From NCBI GenBank assembly GCA_963817915.1, contig CAWFQL010000009.1, forward strand, positions 288,001 through 352,000: a stretch of 64,000 nucleotides of DNA, in the 5' to 3' direction. Source of the DNA: an uncultured candidate division Zixibacteria bacterium. Lineage in GTDB: Bacteria > Zixibacteria > MSB-5A5 > UBA10806. The position numbers and the translations under genes were made by a program. Shown here one piece after another: positions 41,034 to 51,086 of this stretch (its first letter is position 1; each line of letters starts with the position of its first letter). The notes under the pieces were generated by a model. That model had not been told where the DNA came from, made no database searches, and was given only the letters and a program-made list of their open reading frames with translations.

Positions 41034-41765
41034 TTAAGGCTCAATGTGGATTGCAGTCAATTCAGTAGTCTCATAAACTCGCATTGAATCAATAATAATA
41101 CCCTGCTCGTCTTCAATCATCTGCGTGCCCCAGTCGTAGCGCCTCATTATCAGGCCCTCATTACTATACCATTCCCGATTCATTGAAAAATCAGGATAGT
41201 CCATTTCACCCGCCATTCCGACAATATCACAATTGAATTCTCTTCCCGCTAACTTCAGTTCTTCCCTATTTATCACCTTTTTGTATCCAGTACCATCAAT
41301 ACCTTCAATTACTGCCCATTCCTTGTCCAAATCTAACGGTAAATCAAGCATAATCAGTGGACGCGAAAAAATAATAGGGCCGCCAGTCTCATTTGGCCTG
41401 AAATTACGACTGCCATAAATCTTCAACTTGCTATTATCGAAACCATACCAAGAGCGGCTTATAAGCGTATCTATAAATCCTAATTCGTTACCGATCCAAG
41501 TATCCTCAACGATTGTCAATTGAAGAGTATCGATGGATGGCTCAATTCCGATCACGCGCCGTGACATATGGGTGTAGAAGGTATCGGGGGGCACTGAATC
41601 ATTGAAAGAAATATTATATCTATAATGATCATATTCCCACCGGCTCCCTGCTGTAAGCGGAAATGTGTTAGTAATCTCCGAATAAGGTTTGCCGGAATCG
41701 CCGCAATTAGAAATGAATGCCAACAATCCTAAGAGAATGATAAAGGATAATTTTCCAATTTTCAC
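41034..41765 (-). CDS. lipoprotein paralog 1 (FPLxxGxRWxY family)
   Basis: GGAGG RBS plus GTG start; lipobox ISNC; FPLTAGSRWEYD, LDLPL, WYSNEGLI. Confidence 0.78.
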   Translation of the reverse strand: MKIGKLSFIILLGLLAFISNCGDSGKPYSEITNTFPLTAGSRWEYDHYRYNISFNDSVPPDTFYTHMSRRVIGIEPSIDTLQLTIVEDTWIGNELGFIDTLISRSWYGFDNSKLKIYGSRNFRPNETGGPIIFSRPLIMLDLPLDLDKEWAVIEGIDGTGYKKVINREELKLAGREFNCDIVGMAGEMDYPDFSMNREWYSNEGLIMRRYDWGTQMIEDEQGIIIDSMRVYETTELTAIHIEP

Positions 41766-41833
41766 AAAATCCTCCTCACAAATACATTCTCGCATGCTGT
41801 CAGGCTTCGATGTAAATAAATTCAAATACAAAA

Positions 41834-43018
41834 CTACATTACTTCAACTGCCAGGGCGACAGCGTTGCCGCCGCCAAGACATAATGTAGCCATGCCGGTT
41901 TTCATACCGCGGTCTTTGAGCGCATATATCAAGGTTGTCAGAATTCTGGCGCCGGAGGCTCCAATCGGATGACCCAACGCGATAGCGCCGCCGTTGACAT
42001 TGACTCGAGCCCAATCCCAATTGAGTTCCATGCCATTCGCTACCGCCTGGGCCGCGAAGGCTTCATTAGCCTCGATTAAATCCCAATGCTTGATATCGAC
42101 TTTCATTTTGGCCATGAGCTTGCGAACCGCGTAAATAGGGGCATAGAATAAATCCTGCGGATCGGTTCCAGCCGCGGCGTAATCGACAATTTTCGCCAGC
42201 GGTTTTTTGCCGTGGTTCTCGGCATATTCCAATGATGATACTACAAGCGCCGCCGAGCCGTCATTGAGTCCGGGAGCGTTACCTGCAGTGATAACACCGC
42301 CTTCCAAAAATGCCGGTCTCAATTTGCCAAGCTTTTCGACTGTTGTATCGCCGCGCGGGCCTTCATCAGTATCGAATAAGATCGGATCGCCCTTTTTCTG
42401 GGGAATGGCAATCGGGAATATTTCCTTTTTGAATTTCCCGGCTTTGATGGCGGCCGAGGCTTTCATCTGGGAATTGAACGCATACTCATCGAGCATATCG
42501 CGGCTGATGCCGGATTTCTTCGCTGTATATTCGGCGGCATTGCCCATGTGATAATTATTGAATGAATCCCAGAGACCGTCGCTAATCATAAGATCGATAA
42601 TCTGTTTATGACCCATCTTCAAGCCGGTTTTAGCGCCATGCAAAACATAAGGTGTATTGGACATCGATTCCATCCCGCCGGCGACAAATAGATTACCATC
42701 TCCGGCCTTGATTGCCTGAGCTGATAGCATTACCGCCTTGAGACCACTTCCGCAAACTTTATTGATTGTTAGCGCCGGAATGCTGGATGGTATTCCACCG
42801 TGGATCGCCGCCTGACGAGCGGGAGCCTGGTTGCTACCGCCTTGCACGACATGACCGATAATGACTTCATCGATATCATTCTGATTTATTTCGGCCCGTT
42901 TGACCGCTTCTCTGATAGCAAATGCTCCCAATTGCGGAGCAGTAAATCCCGATAATCCACCATGATATGTGCCTATCGCTGAGCGACACGCTGATAATAT
43001 AACTGCTTGAGCTGACAT
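41834..43018 (-). CDS. atoB: acetyl-CoA C-acetyltransferase (thiolase)
   Basis: INKVCGSGLKA, GGMESMS, EANEAFA, GGAIALGHPIGASG, LCLGGG. Confidence 0.93.
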   Translation of the reverse strand: MSAQAVILSACRSAIGTYHGGLSGFTAPQLGAFAIREAVKRAEINQNDIDEVIIGHVVQGGSNQAPARQAAIHGGIPSSIPALTINKVCGSGLKAVMLSAQAIKAGDGNLFVAGGMESMSNTPYVLHGAKTGLKMGHKQIIDLMISDGLWDSFNNYHMGNAAEYTAKKSGISRDMLDEYAFNSQMKASAAIKAGKFKKEIFPIAIPQKKGDPILFDTDEGPRGDTTVEKLGKLRPAFLEGGVITAGNAPGLNDGSAALVVSSLEYAENHGKKPLAKIVDYAAAGTDPQDLFYAPIYAVRKLMAKMKVDIKHWDLIEANEAFAAQAVANGMELNWDWARVNVNGGAIALGHPIGASGARILTTLIYALKDRGMKTGMATLCLGGGNAVALAVEVM

Positions 43019-43128
43019 TAAAATATCCTCCCTTAAGATTCTTTATTCAAATTTCAGATTCAATCATCAAAATTACATGGCGAAATCAAAATTCAAAATT
43101 GCCATAAAACCAATTCCGTAATTTCATA

Positions 43129-43420
43129 GTGGTGGCAGGTCTCCGCACCTGCCACATACACGCACTGTCGTCGGGTACGGCGACCCGACGACACGGGGAA
43201 ACGCCAACGCCATAATTAATAATAATTCGTTATCAAATACAAGCTGAATTTCCCGGGCATCCGGTCGACCGTCAATATAGACTCCCCCCTAATCCGGGCA
43301 AGATTCCCGCTTTCGCGGGAATGACAATGCACAAGCACAGCTGACAAATTATTGGGCGGCAGTGGTCATAGACTGCCCCAAATGAAGTCCTAATTAAGGG
43401 CAGCCGGGACGGCTGCCGCT
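43129..43420. repeat. cluster of palindromic elements
   Basis: Inverted doublet 43129-43194 (same as 54329-54395), ATTCCC-N8-GGGAAT half element 43301-43326, GGCAG..CTGCC pair 43354-43420 (similar to 61489-61556). Confidence 0.78.
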
Positions 43421-43518
43421 CAAATGCTCTCGCCAGGGTAGCAATTGGCTTGACTATTATAGATAATTGCGGTTATTATTTTATACGGGACATGAACAAT
43501 AAAATTACGGGGTGATGC

Positions 43519-44163
43519 ATGAAAATTGTCTCAAAGCATGTCAAAATGAGTAGTCGAGAAAATTACTTGTTTATTTATTTCACGATCATCCTTTTGATTT
43601 CGCTTTCGTGTGGCCAAAATCAAAGCAGTAACCCGGATTATCTTATTAATGGCAGTATCGAATACTCTCATCAATTTGAATTTAGTTCGCTTAACGATCC
43701 CAGATATCCCGGGTCATACTGTGGGACGATTTTTATTCGAGGTTCTATCCCATTTCGAATTATAACCGCACCGATCGGTTCAGACTCCATATCGGGAAGC
43801 GGGGAAACTGAATTTACCTTAAACGGCCTTTATTATGACGGTGCAGCCGAATGCCTTACCAGCGGCCATGCCAATAATCAGGTGGAATTATCCGGTGTTT
43901 TGAATAGAATAAATAACGATTCGCAATCGATCAGTATCATATTTACGGAGACCTGGTACAATCCCGGCAGATATTATTGGCAATGCGGAGAGCAAGGCAA
44001 TAGCAGCGGCGATTATCAAGTCGAGCATAATGTTTTCTCGGCTACCTTCGCTGTGCGTGATAGTTCCGTAGTTGAATATGATTCCACTATCACGGTTCCC
44101 GTCAGCCAATTGGTAGGTGCCGGCTCATATAATTGGACAATGCGAATTTCCGGAAGACAGTAA
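43519..44163 (+). CDS. hypothetical lipoprotein
   Basis: Hydrophobic stretch then SLSC lipobox; beta-rich mature region. Confidence 0.65.
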   Translation: MKIVSKHVKMSSRENYLFIYFTIILLISLSCGQNQSSNPDYLINGSIEYSHQFEFSSLNDPRYPGSYCGTIFIRGSIPFRIITAPIGSDSISGSGETEFTLNGLYYDGAAECLTSGHANNQVELSGVLNRINNDSQSISIIFTETWYNPGRYYWQCGEQGNSSGDYQVEHNVFSATFAVRDSSVVEYDSTITVPVSQLVGAGSYNWTMRISGRQ

Positions 44164-44250
44164 GCTGTCTTTCGAAAAGACGCATGATGTGTTTCTCGCC
44201 CGCGATTTGTTTTTTTCCAATCGCCCTTTCGGGAAATTAATGTAAAATAT

Positions 44251-44277
44251 AAAGGGCGCCTGGTGACGCCCTTTTTC
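44251..44277. terminator. bidirectional intrinsic terminator
   Basis: AAAGGGCG-cctggtga-CGCCCTTTTT between convergent genes. Confidence 0.75.
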
Positions 44278-44308
44278 ATTAAGCAAACCTAATTAACGAA
44301 AATCCACA

Positions 44309-45664
44309 TCAAGACCCGTACATGACATATCGATGCGGGATTTCGATAAATCCGGTATCCATCATCGAACGAGTCAGGTTTCTTGCACGAGCGATTCGTT
44401 TGGCGGCCATCTGGAAAAGCTCATCATGCGAGAGTATTTTCTTGGCTACCCCTTGCTCAATTGCTTTTGTGCCGACAGCTGCAGCTTCGGATGGGAAAAC
44501 CTCCCAGTCATCCATACTGGGCAGGATATAATTCGCATGCAACCCTTTATCGACCGCGAGTTGGGCCAAAGCGTTAGCGGCCGCAATACACATTTCATCC
44601 GTGATCGTGCTTGCCTGAACATCGAGAGTGCCTCTGAAAATTCCGGGGAATCCCAACGAGTTATTGACCTGATTCGGGAAATCGGAACGACCTGTCGCGA
44701 CTACCGCCGCACCGGCTTCCTTGGCTTCCCAGGGCCAGATTTCCGGAGTTGGATTGGCGCAGACAAATACGATAGGATCTTTCGCCATTTGGGTTATCCA
44801 TTCTTTCTTAATAATGCCAGGTCCCGGAGTAGATAGAGCTATAACAGCGTCGGCACCCTTCATGGCCTCCGGAATGCCGCCTTTGACGCTTTTTTCATTG
44901 GTTTTTAGGCACATTTCCCATTTTTCGGGATAATCTTTTTGAAGCTCTGTTCTGTCCTTATGCAATGTGCCCTTGGAATCTGTCATAATGATATTCTTGG
45001 GTTCAGCGCCTGCAGCGATAAGAAGTGTCGCGATTCGATAATTTGATGCTCCGGCGCCAACCATGGCGATCTTGACCTCATTTATCTTCTTTCCTACTAC
45101 GCGGAGAGCGTTGATAAACCCGGCGACTGTAACAGTGGCTGTTCCCTGCTGGTCGTCATGCCAGACCGGTATACGCGCTTTCTTGCGGAGTTCATCGAGG
45201 ATACGGAAGCACTTCGGCTGAGAAATATCTTCAAGGTTAATCCCACCGAACGCGGGCTGGAGAAGCAGGACTGTCTCGATAATTTTGTCTGGGTCCTTTG
45301 TATCGAGAGCGATCGGGAATACATCGACACCACCGAGATATTTGAAGAGCAAACTTTTGCCTTCCATTACCGGCAGGCTGGCCTCAGGACCAATATCACC
45401 CAATCCGAGCACGCGGGTACCATCGGTAATAACTGCTACGAGATTTCCTTTATTAGTATGCTCATATACTGTTTCAGGATTTTTTTGAATATCGAGGCAT
45501 GGCTTGGCGACTCCTGGAGTATACCAGATAGCGAAATCCTGGAAATCGCGAATACAGGCCTTAGGCACCACTTCGATCTTGCCTTTGTAGAAAGGATGAA
45601 GCTTCATCGCCTCTACTCCGGGTTGATCGGCTTTAGCTAATAATTGTTCTTTGTTATCCATCAT
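44309..45664 (-). CDS. NAD(P)-dependent malic enzyme (short form, no PTA domain)
   Basis: YTPGVA, TDGTRVLGLG, VMEGK, INLEDI, HDDQQGTA, ATGRSDFPNQVNN. Confidence 0.92.
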   Translation of the reverse strand: MMDNKEQLLAKADQPGVEAMKLHPFYKGKIEVVPKACIRDFQDFAIWYTPGVAKPCLDIQKNPETVYEHTNKGNLVAVITDGTRVLGLGDIGPEASLPVMEGKSLLFKYLGGVDVFPIALDTKDPDKIIETVLLLQPAFGGINLEDISQPKCFRILDELRKKARIPVWHDDQQGTATVTVAGFINALRVVGKKINEVKIAMVGAGASNYRIATLLIAAGAEPKNIIMTDSKGTLHKDRTELQKDYPEKWEMCLKTNEKSVKGGIPEAMKGADAVIALSTPGPGIIKKEWITQMAKDPIVFVCANPTPEIWPWEAKEAGAAVVATGRSDFPNQVNNSLGFPGIFRGTLDVQASTITDEMCIAAANALAQLAVDKGLHANYILPSMDDWEVFPSEAAAVGTKAIEQGVAKKILSHDELFQMAAKRIARARNLTRSMMDTGFIEIPHRYVMYGS

Positions 45665-45782
45665 CTTCCCTTCTTAAAAATCAACACTCGATCCCTGCAA
45701 CCACTACTACCACTTCCAAAAACTAATCATAATAATCCATTTTTTATAAATCAACTGATTTATGATAGCAATATTTCTCGCG

Positions 45783-45847
45783 CCGTCAGGAATCCTTTCC
45801 TGACGGTTCACCGTCGTAAGGTGTCAGGAAGGGATTCCTGACACCGC
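45783..45847. repeat. GTCAGGAA..TTCCTGAC hairpin doublet
   Basis: CCGTCAGGAATCCTTTCCTGACGG plus GTAAGGTGTCAGGAAGGGATTCCTGACACC; degenerate twin at about 63709-63779. Confidence 0.8.
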
Positions 45848-45927
45848 TATTAATAATTGTAATTGCACAATTATGGTCAATTGGGCATATTTGATTCAAG
45901 AGTGGTTGTTTTCGAAAAGATGGCTGA

Positions 45928-46581
45928 ATGAAAGAATGTTATTTTACAAGCGATAATATCGACGAAAAGGCTTATCAGATGGCTGAAGATGTCGCCGCAA
46001 ATGGTCGCAAAAGAAAATCGACGTTCTTGAGTCAGAAAGCGGCATTGCTCATTATCGATATGCAAGATTATTTTCTGAGCAAGGCTTCGCACGCGTTCAT
46101 ACCAAGTTCACCGGCGATAATCCAAAAGATAATCGACTTGCGAAAAGAGTTTGAGATGACTAAACGGCCGACAATCTTTACCCGTCATCTAAATACAACT
46201 CGTGACGCGGGAATGATGGGAACTTGGTGGAGCGAAATAATCGAACGCGAAAATCCACTTAGCAGAATAACCGCTCTTTTAGATTCCAATGACGGGATTG
46301 TTATCGAAAAACCGCAATATGATGCATTTTATAGTACCTCGTTAGAGGCAATTCTTCACGCCAGGAATATTAAGCAGTTGGTAATTTGTGGAGTTATTGC
46401 GAATTTATGCTGTGAGACCACGGCAAGGGCGGCGTTCGTGCGCGGGTTTGAGGTCTTTTTCGCAATTGATGGCACGGCAGCATATAATGCCGATCTTCAT
46501 CGCGCGACACTTTTGAATCTCTCTCATGGATTCGCGACCAATATTCTAACAGATGATTTGCTGGCAAGGATGCGAAAATAA
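45928..46581 (+). CDS. isochorismatase-family cysteine hydrolase
   Basis: LLIIDMQDYF (Asp), IEKPQYDAF (Lys), GVIANLCCETTARAAF (Cys). Confidence 0.88.
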   Translation: MKECYFTSDNIDEKAYQMAEDVAANGRKRKSTFLSQKAALLIIDMQDYFLSKASHAFIPSSPAIIQKIIDLRKEFEMTKRPTIFTRHLNTTRDAGMMGTWWSEIIERENPLSRITALLDSNDGIVIEKPQYDAFYSTSLEAILHARNIKQLVICGVIANLCCETTARAAFVRGFEVFFAIDGTAAYNADLHRATLLNLSHGFATNILTDDLLARMRK

Positions 46582-46584
46582 GAT

Positions 46585-47475
46585 ATGAAGCCGGCAGATA
46601 TCGTCATTATTGGCGCAGGACCTTCGGGAATAGCCGCCGCGATTCAGCTTAAACGTTACGGGCTCAATCTGATTGTGCTTGAGAAAAATAAGATCGGCGG
46701 CCTTCTAAGAAGCGCGAACAAGGTGGAAAATTATCCTGGATTTCCGGAAGGAATTTCGGGTTTGAATTTGGTTGATTTGCTTGAACAGCATGTTAAGCGA
46801 TATGACGTTGAAATAATCTTTCATGAGGTGATTGATCTGGATTGGCAAAAGAAGTTTTTTGCTATCAAATGCGCCAATGCTGAATACTATTCAAAACTTT
46901 TGATTATCGGGACAGGTACGAAGCCAAAAAGGTTTAGGGATATAAATATTTCGAATGAAACGGAGCGAAATATTATTTACGATATTACTTCTATCCTAAA
47001 AGAAAAAGGGAAACGAATCGCAATTATCGGCGCGGGTGACGCGGCATTCGATTATGCTCTTAATCTGGCAAAACATAATCAGGTATTCATATTCAATCGC
47101 GGTACTGAAATAAAATGCATTCCAATCTTATGGCAAATGGCCAACGAGTCATCAAATGTCGAGTATCACGAGAATACGAAGATATCAAGTATATCGGCCA
47201 TAGCGAATGACAGGCTTCGAATCGGAATATCGCGTGAGAGTGAGATATCAACAATGGATTTCGATTATCTGATTCCTGCTTTGGGACGAGTACCACAGCT
47301 CGATTTTATTTCAAGTAATTTGAAAGCGAAACTTATCGAACTTGAACAAGAAGGCTTTTTATATTTTATTGGTGATGTCAAAAACAATCTCTACAGGCAA
47401 ACGGCGATTGCGGCCGGTGATGGGATTAAGGCGGCCATGGCGGCCTATTCAAAATTAAGGACAATTCGGGATTAG
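46585..47475 (+). CDS. TrxB-like FAD/NAD(P)-dependent oxidoreductase lacking the CxxC motif
   Basis: IIGAGPSG, ENYPGFP, IIGAGDAAFD, IGDV..QTAIAAGDG; IIYDITS sits where TrxB has SYCATCDG. Confidence 0.85.
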   Translation: MKPADIVIIGAGPSGIAAAIQLKRYGLNLIVLEKNKIGGLLRSANKVENYPGFPEGISGLNLVDLLEQHVKRYDVEIIFHEVIDLDWQKKFFAIKCANAEYYSKLLIIGTGTKPKRFRDINISNETERNIIYDITSILKEKGKRIAIIGAGDAAFDYALNLAKHNQVFIFNRGTEIKCIPILWQMANESSNVEYHENTKISSISAIANDRLRIGISRESEISTMDFDYLIPALGRVPQLDFISSNLKAKLIELEQEGFLYFIGDVKNNLYRQTAIAAGDGIKAAMAAYSKLRTIRD

Positions 47476-47487
47476 AGGATACACGAA

Positions 47488-48447
47488 ATGCAGATAGTGG
47501 CTTCGACAGGAAATAAAAATATCAGTACAGTTTATATCGCTGACCTTGGGCAGGACAAATTTGTCGAGATGGTGGAATCATTACAGCCCCCATTGCCTAT
47601 TGATAAGAAATGGGTGCTGATCGTATCGACCTTATTCGGCTGTCCGGTTAAATGCCCCATGTGTGACGCCGGCGGGCATTACAAGGGACGATTGACAAAA
47701 GATGACATATTCGAACAGATTGATTTTTTGGTTAAAAGCAAATTCCCCGACTGCCATATTCCTGTCGATAAATTCAAAATCCAATTCGCGCGAATGGGCG
47801 AACCGGCATTTAATCAGAATGTAATCGATGTCCTGGAGGAATTGCCACGAAGATATGACGCGCCCGGCCTGATGCCATCGATATCAACTATCGCGCCCTT
47901 TGGGACGGATGATTTCTTCAATAAGCTTTTCGAGGTCAAACAAAAGCATTATGGCAACGGCGGATTCCAATTGCAATTCTCGATTCACACGACAGATCTG
48001 AAATTGCGAGACAGACTTATTCCAGTACGAAAATGGGACTTTGCGAAAATCTCGCAATACGGCCAAAAGTTTTACCTTCCTGGCGATAGAAAGATTGCGC
48101 TAAATTTCGCATTTGCCAATATTATGCCAATAGAATCATCGATACTCAGAGAATATTTTGATCCGGAGATCTTTCTGATAAAGTTGACGCCGTTGAACCC
48201 TACTCATACAGCGGTTCAAAACAATCTCTTCGCCGGCCCGCAATCAGCCGCTGAATCATCATATGATGCTATCGCAATGAGCCTGCGAGATGCCGGATAT
48301 GAGACCATTGTGAGTATAGGCGAGATGGAGGAAAATCTGATTGGAAGCAATTGCGGACAATATCTGTTGAAGCATCTGGAATCGAAAGAGAAAATCGATG
48401 AAGGATATACGTATGATGTGGACTCGCCATCAATCATTGTTTCCTGA
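47488..48447 (+). CDS. RlmN/Cfr-related radical SAM enzyme (divergent)
   Basis: GCPVKCPMC (CxxxCxxC), RMGEP, SIST, QFSIH, LRDRLIP, PLNP, NCGQY; no RlmN N-terminal domain. Confidence 0.85.
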   Translation: MQIVASTGNKNISTVYIADLGQDKFVEMVESLQPPLPIDKKWVLIVSTLFGCPVKCPMCDAGGHYKGRLTKDDIFEQIDFLVKSKFPDCHIPVDKFKIQFARMGEPAFNQNVIDVLEELPRRYDAPGLMPSISTIAPFGTDDFFNKLFEVKQKHYGNGGFQLQFSIHTTDLKLRDRLIPVRKWDFAKISQYGQKFYLPGDRKIALNFAFANIMPIESSILREYFDPEIFLIKLTPLNPTHTAVQNNLFAGPQSAAESSYDAIAMSLRDAGYETIVSIGEMEENLIGSNCGQYLLKHLESKEKIDEGYTYDVDSPSIIVS

Positions 48448-48474
48448 CAATATGCGTGTAAGGTGTCAACCCAT

Positions 48475-48548
48475 CCTGTCATTCCCGCGAATGCGGGAAT
48501 CTAAACTGAACTACACGCAAAATTCCGCAATAAATGCGGAATGACAGG
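48475..48548. repeat. GTCATTCCC-N8-GGGAATC (dRS3-like core) composite palindrome
   Basis: CCTGTCATTCC..GGAATGACAGG terminal inverted repeat, ATTCCC-gcgaatgc-GGGAAT. Confidence 0.75.
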
Positions 48549-48619
48549 TTGAGACTGCGTCATTGTTTTGGGCGGCTCATTGGAGTTGACCTGAACAACA
48601 TTCCATAATATTAATCAAT

Positions 48620-49249
48620 ATGAACGAACGACTTTATAAATCCACGAAACGTTTGGGGCTCGCAATCAGCCATGTCGCCGAGGTGGGCGTCTATCACCCG
48701 GAAACATCAAATATTCTCGGCTATATTCGCGATGGCGTACCCGCCGACTTGTTCGAGCCGGATCCCGATTCGATTTCGCGCATACATGAAGCATTTGGAA
48801 AGTATGCGCATGTAAAAGTGCATCCATTCGCCATATACAAAGAAAATACGACTTTAAAACTGTATCGGGCGGGTGCGTCGACCTTTGCCGCGGACCTGCC
48901 GTCTTCCCCTGCTTTAGCTAATGATAGTTATCAGCCAAGTGCGGATGATGCTTTCGAAGCTGAGGCCCGCCGATTTGATGAATTCGATGACGGCACAATC
49001 GATCTCTTGAGTATCGATACCGAAGGCTGCGAATGGTACGTGCTTATGCATCTAAAAAGCCGTCCGCTGGTTATTTCTGCTGAAATGGGATGGAAAAAAT
49101 ACCAGAATCCGTTTTTAAAAGAGATCAAGGAATGGATGCAATCGAATGGCTATCGCGTCTGGTACAGTGATAAATCTGATACTGTCTATGTACATCAGCG
49201 GATTCGGATCGGATTTTGGAGAAAGTGGCTAGACCAGCTGGGGTGGTAG
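48620..49249 (+). CDS. FkbM-family methyltransferase
   Basis: AEVGV, LFEPDP, HPFAI, IDLLSIDTEGCEWYVL. Confidence 0.8.
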   Translation: MNERLYKSTKRLGLAISHVAEVGVYHPETSNILGYIRDGVPADLFEPDPDSISRIHEAFGKYAHVKVHPFAIYKENTTLKLYRAGASTFAADLPSSPALANDSYQPSADDAFEAEARRFDEFDDGTIDLLSIDTEGCEWYVLMHLKSRPLVISAEMGWKKYQNPFLKEIKEWMQSNGYRVWYSDKSDTVYVHQRIRIGFWRKWLDQLGW

Positions 49250-49277
49250 GACGAAAGATATGCCGCGATATAATGCA

Positions 49278-49389
49278 CCGTCAGGAATCCTTTCCTGACG
49301 GGAACAAGCTGTAGGTCCGAACCCCTGTGGTTCGGACTCCTTCTTTTTATATATGGCAAATTGGCGGAACCACAGGGGTTCCGCCCTAC
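49278..49389. repeat. REP hairpin plus inverted GTAG-REP doublet (REPIN-like)
   Basis: 49278-49301 GTCAGGAA family; GTAG-GTCCGAACCCCTGTGGTTCGGAC .. GGCGGAACCACAGGGGTTCCGCC-CTAC. Confidence 0.8.
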
Positions 49390-49392
49390 CGA

Positions 49393-50643
49393 TTACTTTC
49401 TTAATTCCGGATACAGCGGGAATCTTTCGCAGAGGGTGTGGACATCGTTGCGGACATCGGCAATGACATTATCGTCATTCAGATTCTTGATGACTTTCGA
49501 AATCATGCCCGCGATCTGCTTCATCTCATTTGTGCCCATGCCGCGCGTGGTGACAGCCGGAGTGCCGATTCTGATACCCGATGTCACGAACGGCTTGGCG
49601 GGATCGAATGGGACAGTGTTCTTATTGACAGTGATATCGGCCTTCTCTAATGCCTTTTCGACATCCTTGCCGGTGATATTCTGCCCGATAAACGATAGCA
49701 GCATCAGATGAGTATCAGTACCGCCGGAAACCACATGATAGCCGTCATCGATAAATGACTGCGCCATCGTTTTGGCATTCTCTAATATTCGCTTTTGATA
49801 TTCCTTGAATTCCGGCTTTAGTGCTTCCTTGAAGGCGACGGCCTTGGCGGCGATGACATGCATGAGCGGCCCGCCCTGGATACCGGGCATGACTTCGCGA
49901 TCGAGGTCCTTGGCATATTTCTCTTTGCACATGATCATGCCGCCGCGCGGCCCGCGGAGCGTCTTGTGGGTTGTCGTGGTTACGAAATCGGCATAGGGTA
50001 TCGGCGATGGATGAAGCCCAGTCGCAACCAGCCCCGCGATATGCGCGATATCGACCGCCATGTACGCTCCGACCGCGTCGCAGACATCGCGGAACGCTTT
50101 GAAATCGAGCGTACGCGGATAGGCCGACGCACCTGCCATGATTAGTTTCGGTTTGACTTCTTTGGCGCGTTTCATCAATTCATCATAATCGATGGTTTCG
50201 GTTTCTTTGCTGACCGAATACGGCTCGACCTTGTAAAGCTTGCCGGAGAAATTTATCGGATGGCCATGTGTCAGATGGCCGCCATGCGAAAGGTTGAGTC
50301 CCATTATCGTATCGCCCGGCTGCAGCACAGTAAAATAGACCGCCATATTGGCTTGCGATCCCGAATGCGGCTGGACATTAACATGCTCGCATCCAAATAG
50401 CTCTTTGGCGCGTGCTTTGGCAAGCTCTTCCGCCTGATCGACAAATGTGCATCCGCCGTAATACCGTTTGCCGGGGTAACCTTCGGCGTATTTGTTAGTC
50501 ATTACCGAGCCCATAGCCTGCATTACCGGAATCGAGACGAAATTTTCAGACGCGATCAATTCCAGCCCGCCGTGTTGACGTTTTACCTCGTTGAGCAGGG
50601 TCTCGTAAATTTCCGGGTCGAATTTTTTTAACTCATCTAACAT
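49393..50643 (-). CDS. glyA: serine hydroxymethyltransferase
   Basis: [48 protein letters not shown]. Confidence 0.97.
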   Translation of the reverse strand: MLDELKKFDPEIYETLLNEVKRQHGGLELIASENFVSIPVMQAMGSVMTNKYAEGYPGKRYYGGCTFVDQAEELAKARAKELFGCEHVNVQPHSGSQANMAVYFTVLQPGDTIMGLNLSHGGHLTHGHPINFSGKLYKVEPYSVSKETETIDYDELMKRAKEVKPKLIMAGASAYPRTLDFKAFRDVCDAVGAYMAVDIAHIAGLVATGLHPSPIPYADFVTTTTHKTLRGPRGGMIMCKEKYAKDLDREVMPGIQGGPLMHVIAAKAVAFKEALKPEFKEYQKRILENAKTMAQSFIDDGYHVVSGGTDTHLMLLSFIGQNITGKDVEKALEKADITVNKNTVPFDPAKPFVTSGIRIGTPAVTTRGMGTNEMKQIAGMISKVIKNLNDDNVIADVRNDVHTLCERFPLYPELRK

Positions 50644-51086
50644 TTATTATCATCCTCGTATTTTTTAATTTTGCTGAGACGTCTTTCATGACGTCCCCCC
50701 TCAAATTTAGTCTTTACAAAATTATCTAAAATTTCTTTTATCTGCGATTCGGGAGTATATTTGCCGGATAACACCAGCACATTGGCATCATTGTGGCTGC
50801 GCATGAGTTGCGCCATTTCAGGGCTTAACGCCAGCCCGGCCCGGATGCCTTTGACTTTATTGGCAGTGATCGCCATACCGTTGCCGGTCCAGCATATCAG
50901 GACACCGGCGTCGGCCTTGCCCGCTGACACTTCTTCCGCGGTTAATAGACCATAATCAGAGTAGTCGGTGCTTTCATCGGAGAATGTGCCGAAATCCTCG
51001 ACATCATATCCTTTTTCAAGTAGATATGACTTAATTATATTCTTGAAGGCAAAGCCTTTATGATCGGCGCCCAGTGCGAATTTCAT
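50637..51086 (-). CDS. rpiB: ribose-5-phosphate isomerase B
   Basis: [39 protein letters not shown] overlap with the ilvE stop. Confidence 0.92.
   Translation of the reverse strand: MKFALGADHKGFAFKNIIKSYLLEKGYDVEDFGTFSDESTDYSDYGLLTAEEVSAGKADAGVLICWTGNGMAITANKVKGIRAGLALSPEMAQLMRSHNDANVLVLSGKYTPESQIKEILDNFVKTKFEGGRHERRLSKIKKYEDDNKC

Noticed and set aside
39457..41765. Diversity-generating retroelement acting on the lipoprotein paralogs
   Set aside because: No reverse transcriptase and no TR/VR pair differing mainly at adenines; the paralogs diverge along their whole length
46585..47475. Calling the flavoprotein trxB
   Set aside because: No redox-active CxxC motif
47488..48447. Calling the radical SAM gene rlmN or cfr
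   Set aside because: It lacks the resolving Cys and the N-terminal domain, and has ARMGEP rather than MGMGEP
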